Positions 6,088-6,461 of a DNA stretch of 6,461 bases are shown here, piece after piece. Below the pieces are notes generated by a model. That model was not told where the DNA came from, made no database searches, and saw only the letters and a list, made by a program, of their open reading frames with translations. The position numbers and the translations under genes were made by a program. Position 1 is the stretch's first letter; each line of letters begins with the position of its first letter. The DNA is taken from the NCBI GenBank assembly GCA_038998625.1, contig JAWADS010000018.1, positions 1 to 6,461 on the forward strand. The letters are read 5' to 3'. Source of the stretch: Candidatus Aenigmatarchaeota archaeon. GTDB lineage: Archaea > Aenigmatarchaeota > Aenigmatarchaeia > CG10238-14 > SCSR01.

Positions 6088-6140
6088 AAAATCACTAATT
6101 GCTAGCTATTAAATCTAAACATTTTAGCTTTTAGCTAAAT

Positions 6141-6156
6141 CTTTATATATCTTTTT
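6141..6156. promoter_or_regulatory. TATA element in the divergent rps8e/Lsm intergenic region
   Basis: TTTATATA (6142-6149) on the + strand; the - strand reads AAAAGA-TATATAAA, BRE+TATA-like and oriented toward rps8e. Confidence 0.45.
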
Positions 6157-6194
6157 ATTCAAAAGAATTTAAAATAATTAAAGGAAAGGCAAAC

Positions 6195-6428
6195 ATGGCC
6201 GATAGACCCATAGATGCGTTGGATAAGGCGAAAGGGAAAAGAGTTCTCATTAAACTTAAGAATGGGGAAGAAATTAGCGGTATTTTAAAGGCTTTAGATT
6301 TGCATTTAAACATCTGGCTAGAGGATGCAGAAATCACAAAAAATTCTGGCGAAAATCCCAATAAGGTTAAAATAGGTACTTTGCTTGTTAGGGGAGATAC
6401 AATTGTCTACGCTAGTCCTGCAACATAA
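6195..6428 (+). CDS. Sm-like archaeal protein (SmAP1/Lsm)
   Basis: N-terminal RPIDAL, Sm1 motif VLIKLKNG..GILKALDLHLNIWLEDAE and Sm2 motif GTLLVRGDTIVYASP; 77 aa. Confidence 0.95.
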   Translation: MADRPIDALDKAKGKRVLIKLKNGEEISGILKALDLHLNIWLEDAEITKNSGENPNKVKIGTLLVRGDTIVYASPAT

Positions 6429-6461
6429 ATAATTGCACTATTTAAAATCTAAAAGAAAAAA

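Noticed and set aside
5726..6361. ORFs 5726-5920 (+) and 6155-6361 (-)
   Set aside because: Antisense shadows of rps8e and the Lsm gene.
1..6461. CRISPR array, transposase, integrase or rRNA
   Set aside because: No regularly spaced repeats, mobile-element ORFs, att duplication of the tRNA 3' end or rRNA-like sequence were seen.

Overview
AT-rich archaeal housekeeping region, probably from a DPANN-type genome (lineage inferred from gene style and compactness). In order, it contains: a ThyX-like gene running off the left edge (- strand, missing from the ORF track); tRNA-Thr(GGT) with a 17-nt intron at non-canonical position 40/41 and a strict bulge-helix-bulge; a calcineurin-like metallophosphoesterase; an unexplained 72-nt GC-rich hairpin; valS; release factor aRF1; rpS8e (- strand); and an Sm/Lsm protein. 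The aRF1 locus is the most unusual part. The near-universal catalytic GGQ reads GGMSQ. The gene also has no in-frame ATG/GTG where its N-terminus is expected. Instead it follows a structured ~110-nt leader with two uORFs, stops in all three frames and a prfB-like AGG GGG..ATT TAG C cassette, which suggests an undescribed termination-sensing autoregulation or recoding system. All folds and homologies were judged by eye; no searches were run.
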